From an uncultured Gammaproteobacteria bacterium (GTDB taxonomy: Bacteria > Patescibacteriota > Patescibacteriia > Magasanikbacterales > UBA922): DNA of 64,000 nt. The notes under the pieces are model-generated. The model worked only from the letters and a program-made list of their open reading frames with translations. It was not told the DNA's origin and ran no database searches. The stretch lies in contig CAYMVY010000003.1 in assembly GCA_964394405.1 (NCBI GenBank), positions 29,224-93,223 on the forward strand, given 5' to 3'. How positions within the stretch are numbered: the stretch's first letter is position 1; each line of letters opens with the position of its first letter. This document shows, piece by piece, positions 1-8,632 of the stretch. Position numbers and translations under genes: made by a program.

Positions 1-2672
1 CAGAGCGTATCAATATTCAAATCCCGCTTAATGTGTGGCATTTTGCGCCTATTGAAGTGCCTGATGGAAAAACTCCCGATGAATTTTTGCGAGAAGAGGC
101 ATATCGATATGTAGGGAATTTTTATAATCCAGTGACTGAAGAGATTAATACACGTATTGAATATGAATTGGATATTATCAAAACCAAAGGATATTCACGA
201 TATTTTTTGTGTGTAGCTGATTTTGTCCGGTATGCAAAAGAAAAAGGTATTGTAGAATCTACTCGTGGTTCAGCTGCTGGATCTCTCGTTTCCTATATAC
301 TTGGAATTACAACGGTTGATCCGATTCGATTCAAACTGCCGTTTGAGCGTTTTCTCAACCCATTCCGACCGAGCGCTCCTGATATTGATACTGACTTTGC
401 CGACGATCGTCGTGAAGAGATGATTGAATATGTGACGAAGAAGTATGGTGCCGATCGGGTGGCTCAGATTATTACCTTTGGAACCATGGCTGCGCGTGCG
501 AGCGTGCGCGATGTAGGTCGTGCGCTTGGGTATTCGTATAGTTTTTGTGATCAGGTGGCAAAACTTATTCCACAGGGAGCTCAAGGGTTTCCGATGACTA
601 TTGAACGCGCTCTCAAAGAAGAGCCGGATTTGAAGAAAATTTATGATACGAATCCGCTCGTGAAGCGTCTACTTGATCTTGCACGAAAAGTGGAAGGTTG
701 TGCCAGACATACTTCTATTCATGCTGCGGGTGTGGTTATTTCTCCCACACCACTTACTGATTTTACTCCCATTCAACGTGAAACAGGGGGAGATAAGATT
801 ACTACCCAGTATGAAATGAAGTCAGTTGAAGCAGCAGGAGTTCTCAAGAATGATTTTTTGGGAATTAGAAATTTGGCAATACTCGGAAACGCTGTCGTGA
901 TTGTAGAAAAAACTACTGGAGAGAAAGTTGATATCTATAATCTTCCGCTTGATGATACGAAGACTTTTGAAATGCTTGCACGTGGAGAGACGATGGGAAC
1001 ATTTCAGCTGGGAGGATCGGGAATGACGCGGTGGGTTAAAGAACTCAAACCAAACCGTATTGAAGATATTATGGCCATGGTTGCGCTGTATCGTCCGGGT
1101 CCTATGGAGTCTATTCCCGAGTACATTCGTCGCAAGTATAATCCTGAATTAGTGACGTATCCAGATCCACGGCTTGAAAAAATTCTTGGAGCTTCCTACG
1201 GTCTTTTGGTATATCAGGATGATGTCATGCTTACGGCAATCGAGCTTGCAGGATATGATTGGATGGAAGCGGATAAATTCCGCAAAGCCATGGGTAAAAA
1301 AATTCCTGAGGAAATGGCGCAGCAAAAAGTGAAATTTTATGCAGGGTGTAAGGAATATGGAAAATTGAAACAAGAAAAGATCGATGAATTGTGGAGAGCG
1401 ATCGAACCATTTGCTGCATATGGATTCAACAAAGCGCATGCAGCAAGCTATGGAATTGTTGCATATCAAACAGCGTATATGAAGGCGCATTATCCAGTGC
1501 AGTATATGACTGCCGTACTTCAAGCTGAATCAGGAGATAATGATAAGATCGCCCAGATTGTCGGTGAATGTCGACGTATTGGAATTGAAGTACTTCCTCC
1601 TGATGTGAATGAAAGTTTTCGATCATTTGCTATGGTATCAAAGCCGGGGGAGAAAGGACGTATCCGTTTTGGTTTGACTGCAATTAAGAATGTGGGAGAA
1701 CATATCTGTGAGGTAATTTATCGAGAACGAAAAGAACATGGGCAATACACTAGCCTTGAGAATTTTCTTGAGCGGATTGATGATAAAGATTTGAATAAAA
1801 AATCACTTGAGAGTTTGGCCCAGGCTGGTGCGCTTGATGGATTTGGTCATGATCGGGGATTATTGATTTCTAATAGTGAACATATTTTAGGATTTTTACG
1901 CCAACATCGTGAGCGAAAGACAACGAACCAGAATTCACTTTTTTCAGGCACTGATATTGCACTTGATGCAAAAGTTGTATTAAAAGAAGCTCCTGATGCA
2001 ACACTTGATCAAAAATTAAAATGGGAAAAGGATTTACTTGGAATTTATTTGTCTTCACATCCTTTTGCATATTACGAAAGCCTCATGAACGGGAAATTGG
2101 TAACTCTGGCAGAAATTGATGGGTATACACGCGATACCTGGGTGGTAGTCGGGGGAGTGGTTGCTGCGCTCAAGAAAAAGATTACCAAAAAAGGATCAAT
2201 TATGATGTTTGCGACAATTGAAGATACGACTGGTCTCATGGAGCTTTTGGTTTTTCCAAAGACCTATGAGACTACCAAAGATTTATGGGTAGAGGGGAAT
2301 ATTCTTTGTGTAGTTGGTAAAACTCCCAAGGAAGATGGGGACAATAAAATATTTGTGGAGAAGGCGTATGGTCTCACGAAAGAAAATGCGCAAGAAGTCA
2401 TGAGGTTTCTCTCCCTTGCTTCCGGACAGAGTCCAAGTCATGAGCCAGCAAAACGCGTTCCCCATCTTTTGATTACGACTGAAAAAGAATATATAAAACA
2501 ACATGCCGATACATTGAAAGAATTGTTATCGGCATATCCTGGATCACATGAAGTGTTTATCCATCTCGAAGGTGGAAATATCAAAACTCAATTTTTAGTT
2601 GAACCAAGTGAAGAGATGCTTATAAAAGTTCGAGAAGTGTTTGGATCTGAAGCAGTTGAAATTAGACAATAA
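1..2672 (+). CDS. dnaE: DNA polymerase III alpha subunit DnaE, C-terminal ~880 aa. The 5' end is truncated by the window edge (frame open to nt 1).
   Basis: Translation carries classic DnaE motifs (GSAAGSLVSYILGIT..DP, PDIDTDF, OB-fold region). Frame 3 has no stop back to position 3. Confidence 0.9.
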   Translation, partial: ERINIQIPLNVWHFAPIEVPDGKTPDEFLREEAYRYVGNFYNPVTEEINTRIEYELDIIKTKGYSRYFLCVADFVRYAKEKGIVESTRGSAAGSLVSYILGITTVDPIRFKLPFERFLNPFRPSAPDIDTDFADDRREEMIEYVTKKYGADRVAQIITFGTMAARASVRDVGRALGYSYSFCDQVAKLIPQGAQGFPMTIERALKEEPDLKKIYDTNPLVKRLLDLARKVEGCARHTSIHAAGVVISPTPLTDFTPIQRETGGDKITTQYEMKSVEAAGVLKNDFLGIRNLAILGNAVVIVEKTTGEKVDIYNLPLDDTKTFEMLARGETMGTFQLGGSGMTRWVKELKPNRIEDIMAMVALYRPGPMESIPEYIRRKYNPELVTYPDPRLEKILGASYGLLVYQDDVMLTAIELAGYDWMEADKFRKAMGKKIPEEMAQQKVKFYAGCKEYGKLKQEKIDELWRAIEPFAAYGFNKAHAASYGIVAYQTAYMKAHYPVQYMTAVLQAESGDNDKIAQIVGECRRIGIEVLPPDVNESFRSFAMVSKPGEKGRIRFGLTAIKNVGEHICEVIYRERKEHGQYTSLENFLERIDDKDLNKKSLESLAQAGALDGFGHDRGLLISNSEHILGFLRQHRERKTTNQNSLFSGTDIALDAKVVLKEAPDATLDQKLKWEKDLLGIYLSSHPFAYYESLMNGKLVTLAEIDGYTRDTWVVVGGVVAALKKKITKKGSIMMFATIEDTTGLMELLVFPKTYETTKDLWVEGNILCVVGKTPKEDGDNKIFVEKAYGLTKENAQEVMRFLSLASGQSPSHEPAKRVPHLLITTEKEYIKQHADTLKELLSAYPGSHEVFIHLEGGNIKTQFLVEPSEEMLIKVREVFGSEAVEIRQ

Positions 2673-2681
2673 GCAGGTGTA

Positions 2682-3056
2682 TTATCTGACAATCGTGTGC
2701 TTGAATAGTTTCTCTCTGTAATCGACTGCTGCCTCAATTTGTTCGTCTGTGAGTATCGTGCCTTCAGGAACTACAATAAGTTTATCATCATCGTCTTCAA
2801 GTCGATGAATGATTGCAATACACTCTCCTGTAGCTTCTGTCAGAGGTACTTTTTCTCCCAAATAATATCCATCTATTCCTGATCCATCCGGTGCGAGGGT
2901 ATTGGGAACATACCCATAGTTTTCTTTGTACAGCGTTTCTCTATAAGTCGTGCCGTAAGGTTGATCAATTACCAGTGTGACTGTTTTTCCTAGATATTTT
3001 TTACACATTTCTAATGTGATTGATTTGCCATTGATGAGCGGGATTTTAGGTTCCAT
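2682..3056 (-). CDS. Short (124 aa) family-I inorganic-pyrophosphatase-like protein, N-terminally truncated relative to canonical Ppa. Possibly a pseudoenzyme.
   Basis: NYGYVPNTL..DGSGIDG..EDDDDKLIVVP aligns to E. coli Ppa NYGYINHTLSLDGDPVDVL..DEAGEDAKLVAVP. The N-terminal ~55 residues of Ppa are absent and one of the DxDxxD aspartates is replaced (D->S). Confidence 0.5.
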   Translation of the reverse strand: MEPKIPLINGKSITLEMCKKYLGKTVTLVIDQPYGTTYRETLYKENYGYVPNTLAPDGSGIDGYYLGEKVPLTEATGECIAIIHRLEDDDDKLIVVPEGTILTDEQIEAAVDYREKLFKHTIVR

Positions 3057-3068
3057 AGTGTGTGATAG

Positions 3069-4121
3069 TTAGTATGTGTATAATGTCGATTGCGGGTCTG
3101 CAGTGATATCTTTCCAGCCCATGGTTTTTTTTGCTTGAAAACGGTGATATCCAGCGACTGCAATCATCGCAGCGTTATCAGTCGTGTAGGCGAGTTCAGG
3201 AAGACGAAATGCAATATGTAATTTTTTTGTAAGCGCTTCGAGTTCGCCTCGAAGTTTTTTGTTTGCAGAAACTCCACCTGCGAGGATAAGCGTGTTTGGT
3301 TTGTGTGCTTTGATCGCAGTCGTTGTTTTTGAAATTAGTACGTCAGTGATTGCAGTTTCTACGCTGGCACACACATCCTCGATGGTAAATTCACCTTCTT
3401 CGTTTGTAAACTTTGTTTTTTCAACAGTAATAGGATGATTTTTTAGCCAGTATAATACTGAGGTTTTTAATCCTGAAAAACTCATATCAAGATCATGTGA
3501 ACCATGCATAGGACGGGGGAATGATATTTTTGTATCATCTCCATTTTCAGCTAGCTTAGAGATTTTTGGTCCACCAGGATAGGGGATACCGAGAAGCTTT
3601 GCGACTTTATCAAAACATTCACCCACCGCATCATCTCTTGTGCCCCCGATTTTTTCATATACCCCTTCTTTTGGTGACCATGCGAGTTCAGTGTGTCCAC
3701 CACTCACGATTAATGCAAGAGCTGGGTATTGAATTTCATTTCGTTCTTTTTCTGTCTTTGAAATTTCTGGAGAATAAAAATGTCCTTCGATATGGTTGAC
3801 TGGAATAAGCGGGATGTTCCAGACATATGATAATGTTTTTGCAGCTTCAACTCCGACTAGAAGTCCGGTGATAAGACCGGGGCCGAATGTCACGGCAATG
3901 GCGTCTGGTTTTTCTTGATTTTTTAATACTTCTTCAATAACCGGAGTAATGTATTCTGCATGCAATCTTCCTGCAACTTCTGGGATAACCCCACCAAATT
4001 TTGCATGTATATCAATCTGGCTTGCAGTTTTTTCTGCAAGCACGGTTAGGTTTTTTTCGTCTATTTCTATGAGTGCGACTGAGGTGTCGTCACATGATGA
4101 TTCGATGCCGAGTATTCGCAT
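3069..4121 (-). CDS. tsaD: tRNA N6-adenosine threonylcarbamoyltransferase TsaD (Kae1/YgjD family)
   Basis: N-terminus MRILGIESSCDDTSVALIE and ASKH-fold motifs. 350 aa is typical. Lies 12 nt upstream of the Ppa-like ORF on the same strand (operon). Confidence 0.9.
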   Translation of the reverse strand: MRILGIESSCDDTSVALIEIDEKNLTVLAEKTASQIDIHAKFGGVIPEVAGRLHAEYITPVIEEVLKNQEKPDAIAVTFGPGLITGLLVGVEAAKTLSYVWNIPLIPVNHIEGHFYSPEISKTEKERNEIQYPALALIVSGGHTELAWSPKEGVYEKIGGTRDDAVGECFDKVAKLLGIPYPGGPKISKLAENGDDTKISFPRPMHGSHDLDMSFSGLKTSVLYWLKNHPITVEKTKFTNEEGEFTIEDVCASVETAITDVLISKTTTAIKAHKPNTLILAGGVSANKKLRGELEALTKKLHIAFRLPELAYTTDNAAMIAVAGYHRFQAKKTMGWKDITADPQSTLYTY

Positions 4122-4169
4122 ATGGAGCTTATACTAACAGAGTACAGGCAGTATGGCAATCTATCTGTA

Positions 4170-4198
4170 TTGACAATCTATACTTTTTTTACTATACT
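4170..4198 (+). promoter_or_regulatory. Sigma70-like promoter TTGACA-17-TATACT upstream of tRNA-Glu
   Basis: ttgacaatctatacttttttactatact read directly. Spacing is 17. Confidence 0.4.
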
Positions 4199-4224
4199 TT
4201 TCGCTACTAACACTTGAAATTAAT

Positions 4225-4297
4225 GGCGTCATCGTCTAGTGGTTAGGACACCAGGTTTTCATCCTGGGAACCGGGGTCCGATTCCCCGTGGCGCTAC
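4225..4297 (+). tRNA. tRNA-Glu (anticodon UUC)
   Basis: Cloverleaf folded by hand: acceptor GGCGUCA/UGGCGCU (two G-U pairs), D-arm GUCU..GGAC, anticodon stem CCAGG/CCUGG with loop UUUUCAU, T-arm CGGGG-UCCGAUU-CCCCG. No encoded CCA. Confidence 0.75.
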
Positions 4298-4303
4298 AAC
4301 TAC

Positions 4304-4334
4304 AAACCCAACTCACTTGAGTTGGGTTTTGTTT
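4304..4334 (+). terminator. Rho-independent terminator after tRNA-Glu
   Basis: Hairpin aaacccaactc-actt-gagttgggttt followed by a T-run. Confidence 0.55.
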
Positions 4335-4342
4335 GTATGCCT

Positions 4343-4379
4343 GTAAAATTGAAAGACCCCGCATCCGAAGATGCGGGGC
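4343..4379 (-). terminator. GC-rich hairpin terminator for the minus-strand island gene
   Basis: ccccgcatc-cgaa-gatgcgggg. On the minus strand it is followed by tctttcaatttt. Confidence 0.5.
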
Positions 4380-4409
4380 TTGTCTCCTTTGCAAGAGACT
4401 GTCGGACGA

Positions 4410-5177
4410 TCAGTGGTCGAGAGCCATCCGCTGGATGGCGCTCTCGATCCGCTGACGCTCGTCCGTGTGTGTCGGGAAGAGACTGCGCCAGTGAAGGACG
4501 ATCTTGTCCATCGCCTCCTGCTCGCGCGCCTCCTTGCTCGGTTGGTGGTAGTTGGCACCCACGATCAGCGGCACTCGCAGGTCGAGCATGGTGTAGCTGT
4601 ACTCACTCAGTGCGAGCATGCCGAGGAGGAAGTCGATGTCCTCCATGCCGCCGATCGCGTCACACCTGGCGTCGAACCCACCCATGAGCGGACCGAACGC
4701 CTCGATCCGGACCAGCATCCCAGTGTTACGCGGGTGCCGGTACGATCGTCCCAGGGAGACGATGTTCCCATCCTGTCGCCCCTCGAACGAGGTGCCGACC
4801 ACGCCGACCTTGGGGTCATTGATCGCGGCGTCGAGCATGGCCTCGAGGTGCTGTCTCGTGAACTGCGCCTCGACGCTGATGTTCATGACGAAGCGGAAAC
4901 GATTCCGCTCCCGTACGTTCGCCATGAACACGGCTTTGAAACCGATGTTCAGGGCGTTCGCCCACGAGTAGCCCTCGTGCATCTCGATGAGTTGCACGTG
5001 GCCGGCTTCGATGAACCCTCCGAGGAAGCCTCGGGTAGCGCCTCTGTCCTTGGTGGCGTCCGTAACGACGATGATCTTACCGATCCCCGCGTTACACAGG
5101 CTTGAGACCTGTTTTTGGACGAATTTGTTGTTGTAGGACCGCAGAATCGCGGCCGTCTGGTCCAGTCTGTCACGCAT
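4410..5177 (-). CDS. GT-A fold (family-2-like) glycosyltransferase, encoded in a strongly GC-rich island
   Basis: GT2-like motif order IIVVTDATKD .. GYSWANALNIG .. GGFDARCDAIGGMEDIDFLLG (compare GGFDE..EDxD). The region is visibly GC-rich, with long ORFs on both strands. The antisense ORF 4371..5105 looks like low-complexity junk. Confidence 0.5.
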   Translation of the reverse strand: MRDRLDQTAAILRSYNNKFVQKQVSSLCNAGIGKIIVVTDATKDRGATRGFLGGFIEAGHVQLIEMHEGYSWANALNIGFKAVFMANVRERNRFRFVMNISVEAQFTRQHLEAMLDAAINDPKVGVVGTSFEGRQDGNIVSLGRSYRHPRNTGMLVRIEAFGPLMGGFDARCDAIGGMEDIDFLLGMLALSEYSYTMLDLRVPLIVGANYHQPSKEAREQEAMDKIVLHWRSLFPTHTDERQRIESAIQRMALDH

Positions 5178-5347
5178 GATGTTTAGCGTGTTCCTTTGCC
5201 CCTCTCAAGGGCTTTTGGAAGTAAGATTCCGCGTCCTGTGGTACCCATTTGAGGTATGTTGGGACGATCCACCACACTATGATGGACGTCGAATAATATC
5301 ATATTTTAGCCATTTTGTCAAGTATACTCTTCGATATACGCTGTCTA

Positions 5348-5376
5348 TTGACATATTTCTCAGGCTTTGATATTAT
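5348..5376 (+). promoter_or_regulatory. Sigma70-like promoter TTGACA-17-TATTAT for rplJL
   Basis: ttgacatatttctcaggctttgatattat read directly. Confidence 0.5.
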
Positions 5377-5382
5377 CTCTTC

Positions 5383-5535
5383 ACCATAGACAGTAGCTTC
5401 CCGACAAAGTCGTGGATTAAATACGCTACCGAGGTAAACCAGTTCATCGTCAAGATGGACATCCCGACTAAGTCGGGATAAAGGTCGATATACCGTGTAC
5501 GTCTGTGGTTCAAAAAACCACATTTTTTATTTGTT
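5383..5535 (+). promoter_or_regulatory. Ribosomal protein L10 leader (autoregulatory leader with attenuator hairpin abutting the start codon)
   Basis: ~150-nt structured 5' UTR with hairpins aucccgac-uaa-gucgggau and ugugguu-caaaa-aaccaca followed by UUUUUUAUUUGUU immediately before the rplJ ATG. Position and architecture match the Firmicutes-type L10 leader. Confidence 0.45.
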
Positions 5536-6057
5536 ATGCCAAAAACTAGAGCGCAAAAAGAAGAAGCAATGCAGATTTTGGTCAATACCTTGAAACAGTC
5601 CAAGTCAGTCGTATTTGCGAACTTTCAAGGACTCAAGGTTTCTGAATCAGAAGAACTTCGACGATTGTGCCGAAAAGAAGGTGTTGAGTATGTTGCTGCC
5701 AAGAAAACTCTGGTAGCAAAAGCTCTCAAAGACGCTGGAATTGAAGCAAATCCAAAAAGTTTTGAAGGCGCAGTATCAGTGGTGTTTGGAATTCAGGATG
5801 AAGTTGCTCCTGCACAGATTCTTGCAAAATTCGCGAAAACGCATGAAGCAGTAAAACTTTTCGGCGGAATTCTCGAAGGTGCATTTATCGATGGCAAGAA
5901 AGTAACCGAACTCTCAAAACTTCCAAGCAAACAACAGCTTCTTGGTCAATTGGTGGGAACACTCAACGCTCCGGTATCCGGATTCGTGAATGTACTCGCT
6001 GGAAATCTCCGAGGACTGGTAACCGTACTTGGTGCGATCAAAGATGCAAAAGTTTAA
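5536..6057 (+). CDS. rplJ: 50S ribosomal protein L10
   Basis: MPKTRAQKEEAMQILVNTLKQSKSVVFANFQGLKV.. is typical of L10. 173 aa. Confidence 0.95.
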   Translation: MPKTRAQKEEAMQILVNTLKQSKSVVFANFQGLKVSESEELRRLCRKEGVEYVAAKKTLVAKALKDAGIEANPKSFEGAVSVVFGIQDEVAPAQILAKFAKTHEAVKLFGGILEGAFIDGKKVTELSKLPSKQQLLGQLVGTLNAPVSGFVNVLAGNLRGLVTVLGAIKDAKV

Positions 6058-6081
6058 TACTAGTTATTAATTAATGTATAT

Positions 6082-6489
6082 ATGTCAGAAGAAAAAACAG
6101 TTGTAGAAGTACCAGCAAAATTCCAGTCTCTCGTGAGTGAGATTGAAAAAATGTCTGTACTCGATCTCGCTGAACTTGTAAAAGTTCTCGAAGAAAAATT
6201 TGGTGTGAGCGCAGCAGCACCAGCAATGATGATGGCTCCGACGTCCGTCGGAGCAGGTGGAGCAGCTACTGAAGAGAAGACTGATTTCACTGTAGAGCTT
6301 ACTGAAGCAGGTGGAAACAAGATTGCAGTGATTAAAGTGGTAAAAGAAATTACTGGTCTTGGTCTCGCTGAAGCAAAAGGACTCGTTGATGGAGCTCCAA
6401 AAGCAATCAAAGAGAAAGTTGCTAAAGCAGAAGCTGAAGAAATGAAAAAGAAAATCGAAGAAGCTGGTGGAAAAGTTACTTTGAAGTAA
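6082..6489 (+). CDS. rplL: 50S ribosomal protein L7/L12
   Basis: N-terminal dimerisation helix, Ala/Pro hinge, and C-terminal [28 protein letters not shown] motif. Confidence 0.95.
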   Translation: MSEEKTVVEVPAKFQSLVSEIEKMSVLDLAELVKVLEEKFGVSAAAPAMMMAPTSVGAGGAATEEKTDFTVELTEAGGNKIAVIKVVKEITGLGLAEAKGLVDGAPKAIKEKVAKAEAEEMKKKIEEAGGKVTLK

Positions 6490-6502
6490 TTTATCCTTAG
6501 TC

Positions 6503-6535
6503 AAAAAACTCCCCGTTTAAAGCGGGGAGTTTTTG
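6503..6535 (+). terminator. Rho-independent terminator after rplL
   Basis: actccccg-tttaaag-cggggagt followed by TTTTTG. Confidence 0.7.
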
Positions 6536-6634
6536 TATATTGGAATCAATCTTTGTACTTCTATTTATTTTGACATTTATTGTATATTGAGAGTACTATA
6601 AAAATACTTTGTGTTATTAATTATTTATCTTTGT

Positions 6635-7636
6635 ATGAGTACTATTGAACAAATTGCCCGAGAATTGGTTTCTTCTGGGAAAGGAATTTTGGCGGCAGAC
6701 GAAAGTGTGGGTACGATGGGTAAACGACTTGCTTCAATTAATGTTGAATCAACTTTGCATAATCGTTCTTTATGGAGAGAGATCATGCTTACCTCAGAAG
6801 GTGTTGAACGCTATATCAGTGGTGTTATTTTGTTTGATGAAACGTTGCGAGAACCGACTCCGGGCGGGCATCGTATTTCTGAGCTCCTTTCAAAAAAAGG
6901 AATTCATTCAGGAGTCAAAGTTGATACAGGCGTTGTCGACATACCACAATTTTCTGGAGATACCTACACTCAGGGACTAGATAATTTAGCAAAGCGTTTT
7001 CTCGAATATCGTGAAATGGGCGCGACGTTTGCCAAGTGGCGCGCGGTGTATTCGGTCGGTGATACTAATCCCTCAGAGGCTGCTCTTGTGGCAAATGCTG
7101 TGGGATTGGCGCAGTATGCGTCGCTTGCACAGCAGGCCGGGTTAGTGCCAATTGTTGAGCCGGAAATACTGGTGTTGGAAGGATCACATTCAATCGAAAA
7201 AAGCAGGGAAGTAACTAAGAACGTTTTGCATACGGTGTTTACACAATTGCGTAATTTTAAGATTAATCTCAAGGGAATATTACTCAAACCAAACATGGTT
7301 CTTCCAGGAAAAGAATCTATAACACAAGCAAGTGCTGACGAAATTGCCAAAGCGACTGTCGAGACACTGCTTGAAGAAGTACCATCAGAAGTTCCTGGGA
7401 TTGTATTTCTTTCAGGGGGGCTTTCACCTGATGACTCAACCATATATCTTGCTACCATGAACAGTGTCTATATGGGAAAGTTGCCGTGGGAGTTGAGTTA
7501 TTCTTATGGACGAGCGCTACAGCAAGAAGCATTGAAGTTATGGTCTGGAAAATCAGAAAATGTTGGCGCATCTCAGAAAGTATTTTTGGAAAGAGCTGAA
7601 AAAGTTTCCCAAGCTCGTTTTGGAAAAATTAGTTAA
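6635..7636 (+). CDS. fba: Fructose-bisphosphate aldolase, class I
   Basis: GKGILAADESVGTMGKRL, ..LLKPNMV..: class I (Schiff-base) FBA signature. The ATG at 6635 lies inside a longer GTG-initiated ORF (6611). Confidence 0.85.
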   Translation: MSTIEQIARELVSSGKGILAADESVGTMGKRLASINVESTLHNRSLWREIMLTSEGVERYISGVILFDETLREPTPGGHRISELLSKKGIHSGVKVDTGVVDIPQFSGDTYTQGLDNLAKRFLEYREMGATFAKWRAVYSVGDTNPSEAALVANAVGLAQYASLAQQAGLVPIVEPEILVLEGSHSIEKSREVTKNVLHTVFTQLRNFKINLKGILLKPNMVLPGKESITQASADEIAKATVETLLEEVPSEVPGIVFLSGGLSPDDSTIYLATMNSVYMGKLPWELSYSYGRALQQEALKLWSGKSENVGASQKVFLERAEKVSQARFGKIS

Positions 7637-7641
7637 TCAAT

Positions 7642-8598
7642 ATGTTTCAAAAAGTCACTACGCTTACTGAGTTTATTATTGAAGAGCAGCGGAAGTTCCC
7701 TCAGGCACAGGGCAATTTCACGCTTCTCATGACTCAGATAGAAAATGCTACAAAAATTATTGCAAGTCATGTCAAAAAAACAGGCCTGGTCGACATTATT
7801 GGCGCAACAGGCGAGACCAATGTTCATAAAGAACAGGTACAAAAGCTAGATATATTCAGTAATGAACTTTTGGTTGATACTCTGGTTCAGAGTGGGGAAG
7901 TTTGTATGATCGCTTCAGAGGAGATGGAACATGAAATACACGTTGAGAAAAATTCTGGTGAGTATACTGTATTTTTTGATCCTTTGGATGGTTCTTCAAA
8001 TATCGATGTCAATGTCAGTATCGGAACTATCTTTTCTATTTACAGAAAGAGTGAGCATATATTACAAAAAGGAAGGGAACAGGTGGCGGCTGGATATATC
8101 GTATATGGTCCAAGTGTCATGTTTGTCTATACCTCGGGGCATGGAGTGAACGGGTTCACTCTTGATCCTTCAATAGGTAGTTTTTTACTTTCTCATCCAA
8201 ACATACAGATTCCTGAGACCGGTGAATTCTATTCGATTAATGAGGCGTATTATGATTTATTTGATTCGCGGCTACAGACATATCTCAGGGCTATCAAAGT
8301 GGGTGAAAAACCACGTGCATTGCGCTATGTAGGCTCTATGGTCGCAGATGTTCATAGAACTCTCCTCAAAGGAGGTATATTTGCTAATCCTGCAAATATC
8401 AAAAAACCGAATGGCAAACTCCGGCTTATGTACGAGGTGAATCCACTTTCATTTATTATCGAACAGGCGGGCGGTATGTCCTATAGCCGAAGCTCAAGCC
8501 CACTCGACATTGCGCCAAGTAGTCTACACGAGACTGTACCAATTGTATTGGGGAGCAGGAGAGATGTGGAAGAATATGTACGCCAAACACTTCAGTGA
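7642..8598 (+). CDS. fbp: Fructose-1,6-bisphosphatase class 1
   Basis: TEFIIEEQRKFPQAQGNFTLLM, FDPLDGSSNIDVNVSIGTIFSIY, GEFYSINE motifs of FBPase I. Confidence 0.85.
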   Translation: MFQKVTTLTEFIIEEQRKFPQAQGNFTLLMTQIENATKIIASHVKKTGLVDIIGATGETNVHKEQVQKLDIFSNELLVDTLVQSGEVCMIASEEMEHEIHVEKNSGEYTVFFDPLDGSSNIDVNVSIGTIFSIYRKSEHILQKGREQVAAGYIVYGPSVMFVYTSGHGVNGFTLDPSIGSFLLSHPNIQIPETGEFYSINEAYYDLFDSRLQTYLRAIKVGEKPRALRYVGSMVADVHRTLLKGGIFANPANIKKPNGKLRLMYEVNPLSFIIEQAGGMSYSRSSSPLDIAPSSLHETVPIVLGSRRDVEEYVRQTLQ

Positions 8599-8632
8599 AG
8601 GGTTTTTGCTGGTTTTATCCGTCTCTGGCTTT

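Noticed and set aside
4371-5105. 244-aa plus-strand ORF (and several others) overlapping the island 1 gene
   Set aside because: Antisense to the ORF with recognisable GT2 motifs. Composition is R/L/V/D/H-rich and low-complexity, as expected for stop-free frames in GC-rich DNA. The terminator hairpin orientation fits the minus-strand gene.
6645-6980. 111-aa alternative-frame ORF overlapping the start of fba, and similar same-strand overlaps such as 12299..12547, 15149..15337 and 16162..16398
   Set aside because: They are fully contained within genes with clear homology in another frame and have low-complexity composition.
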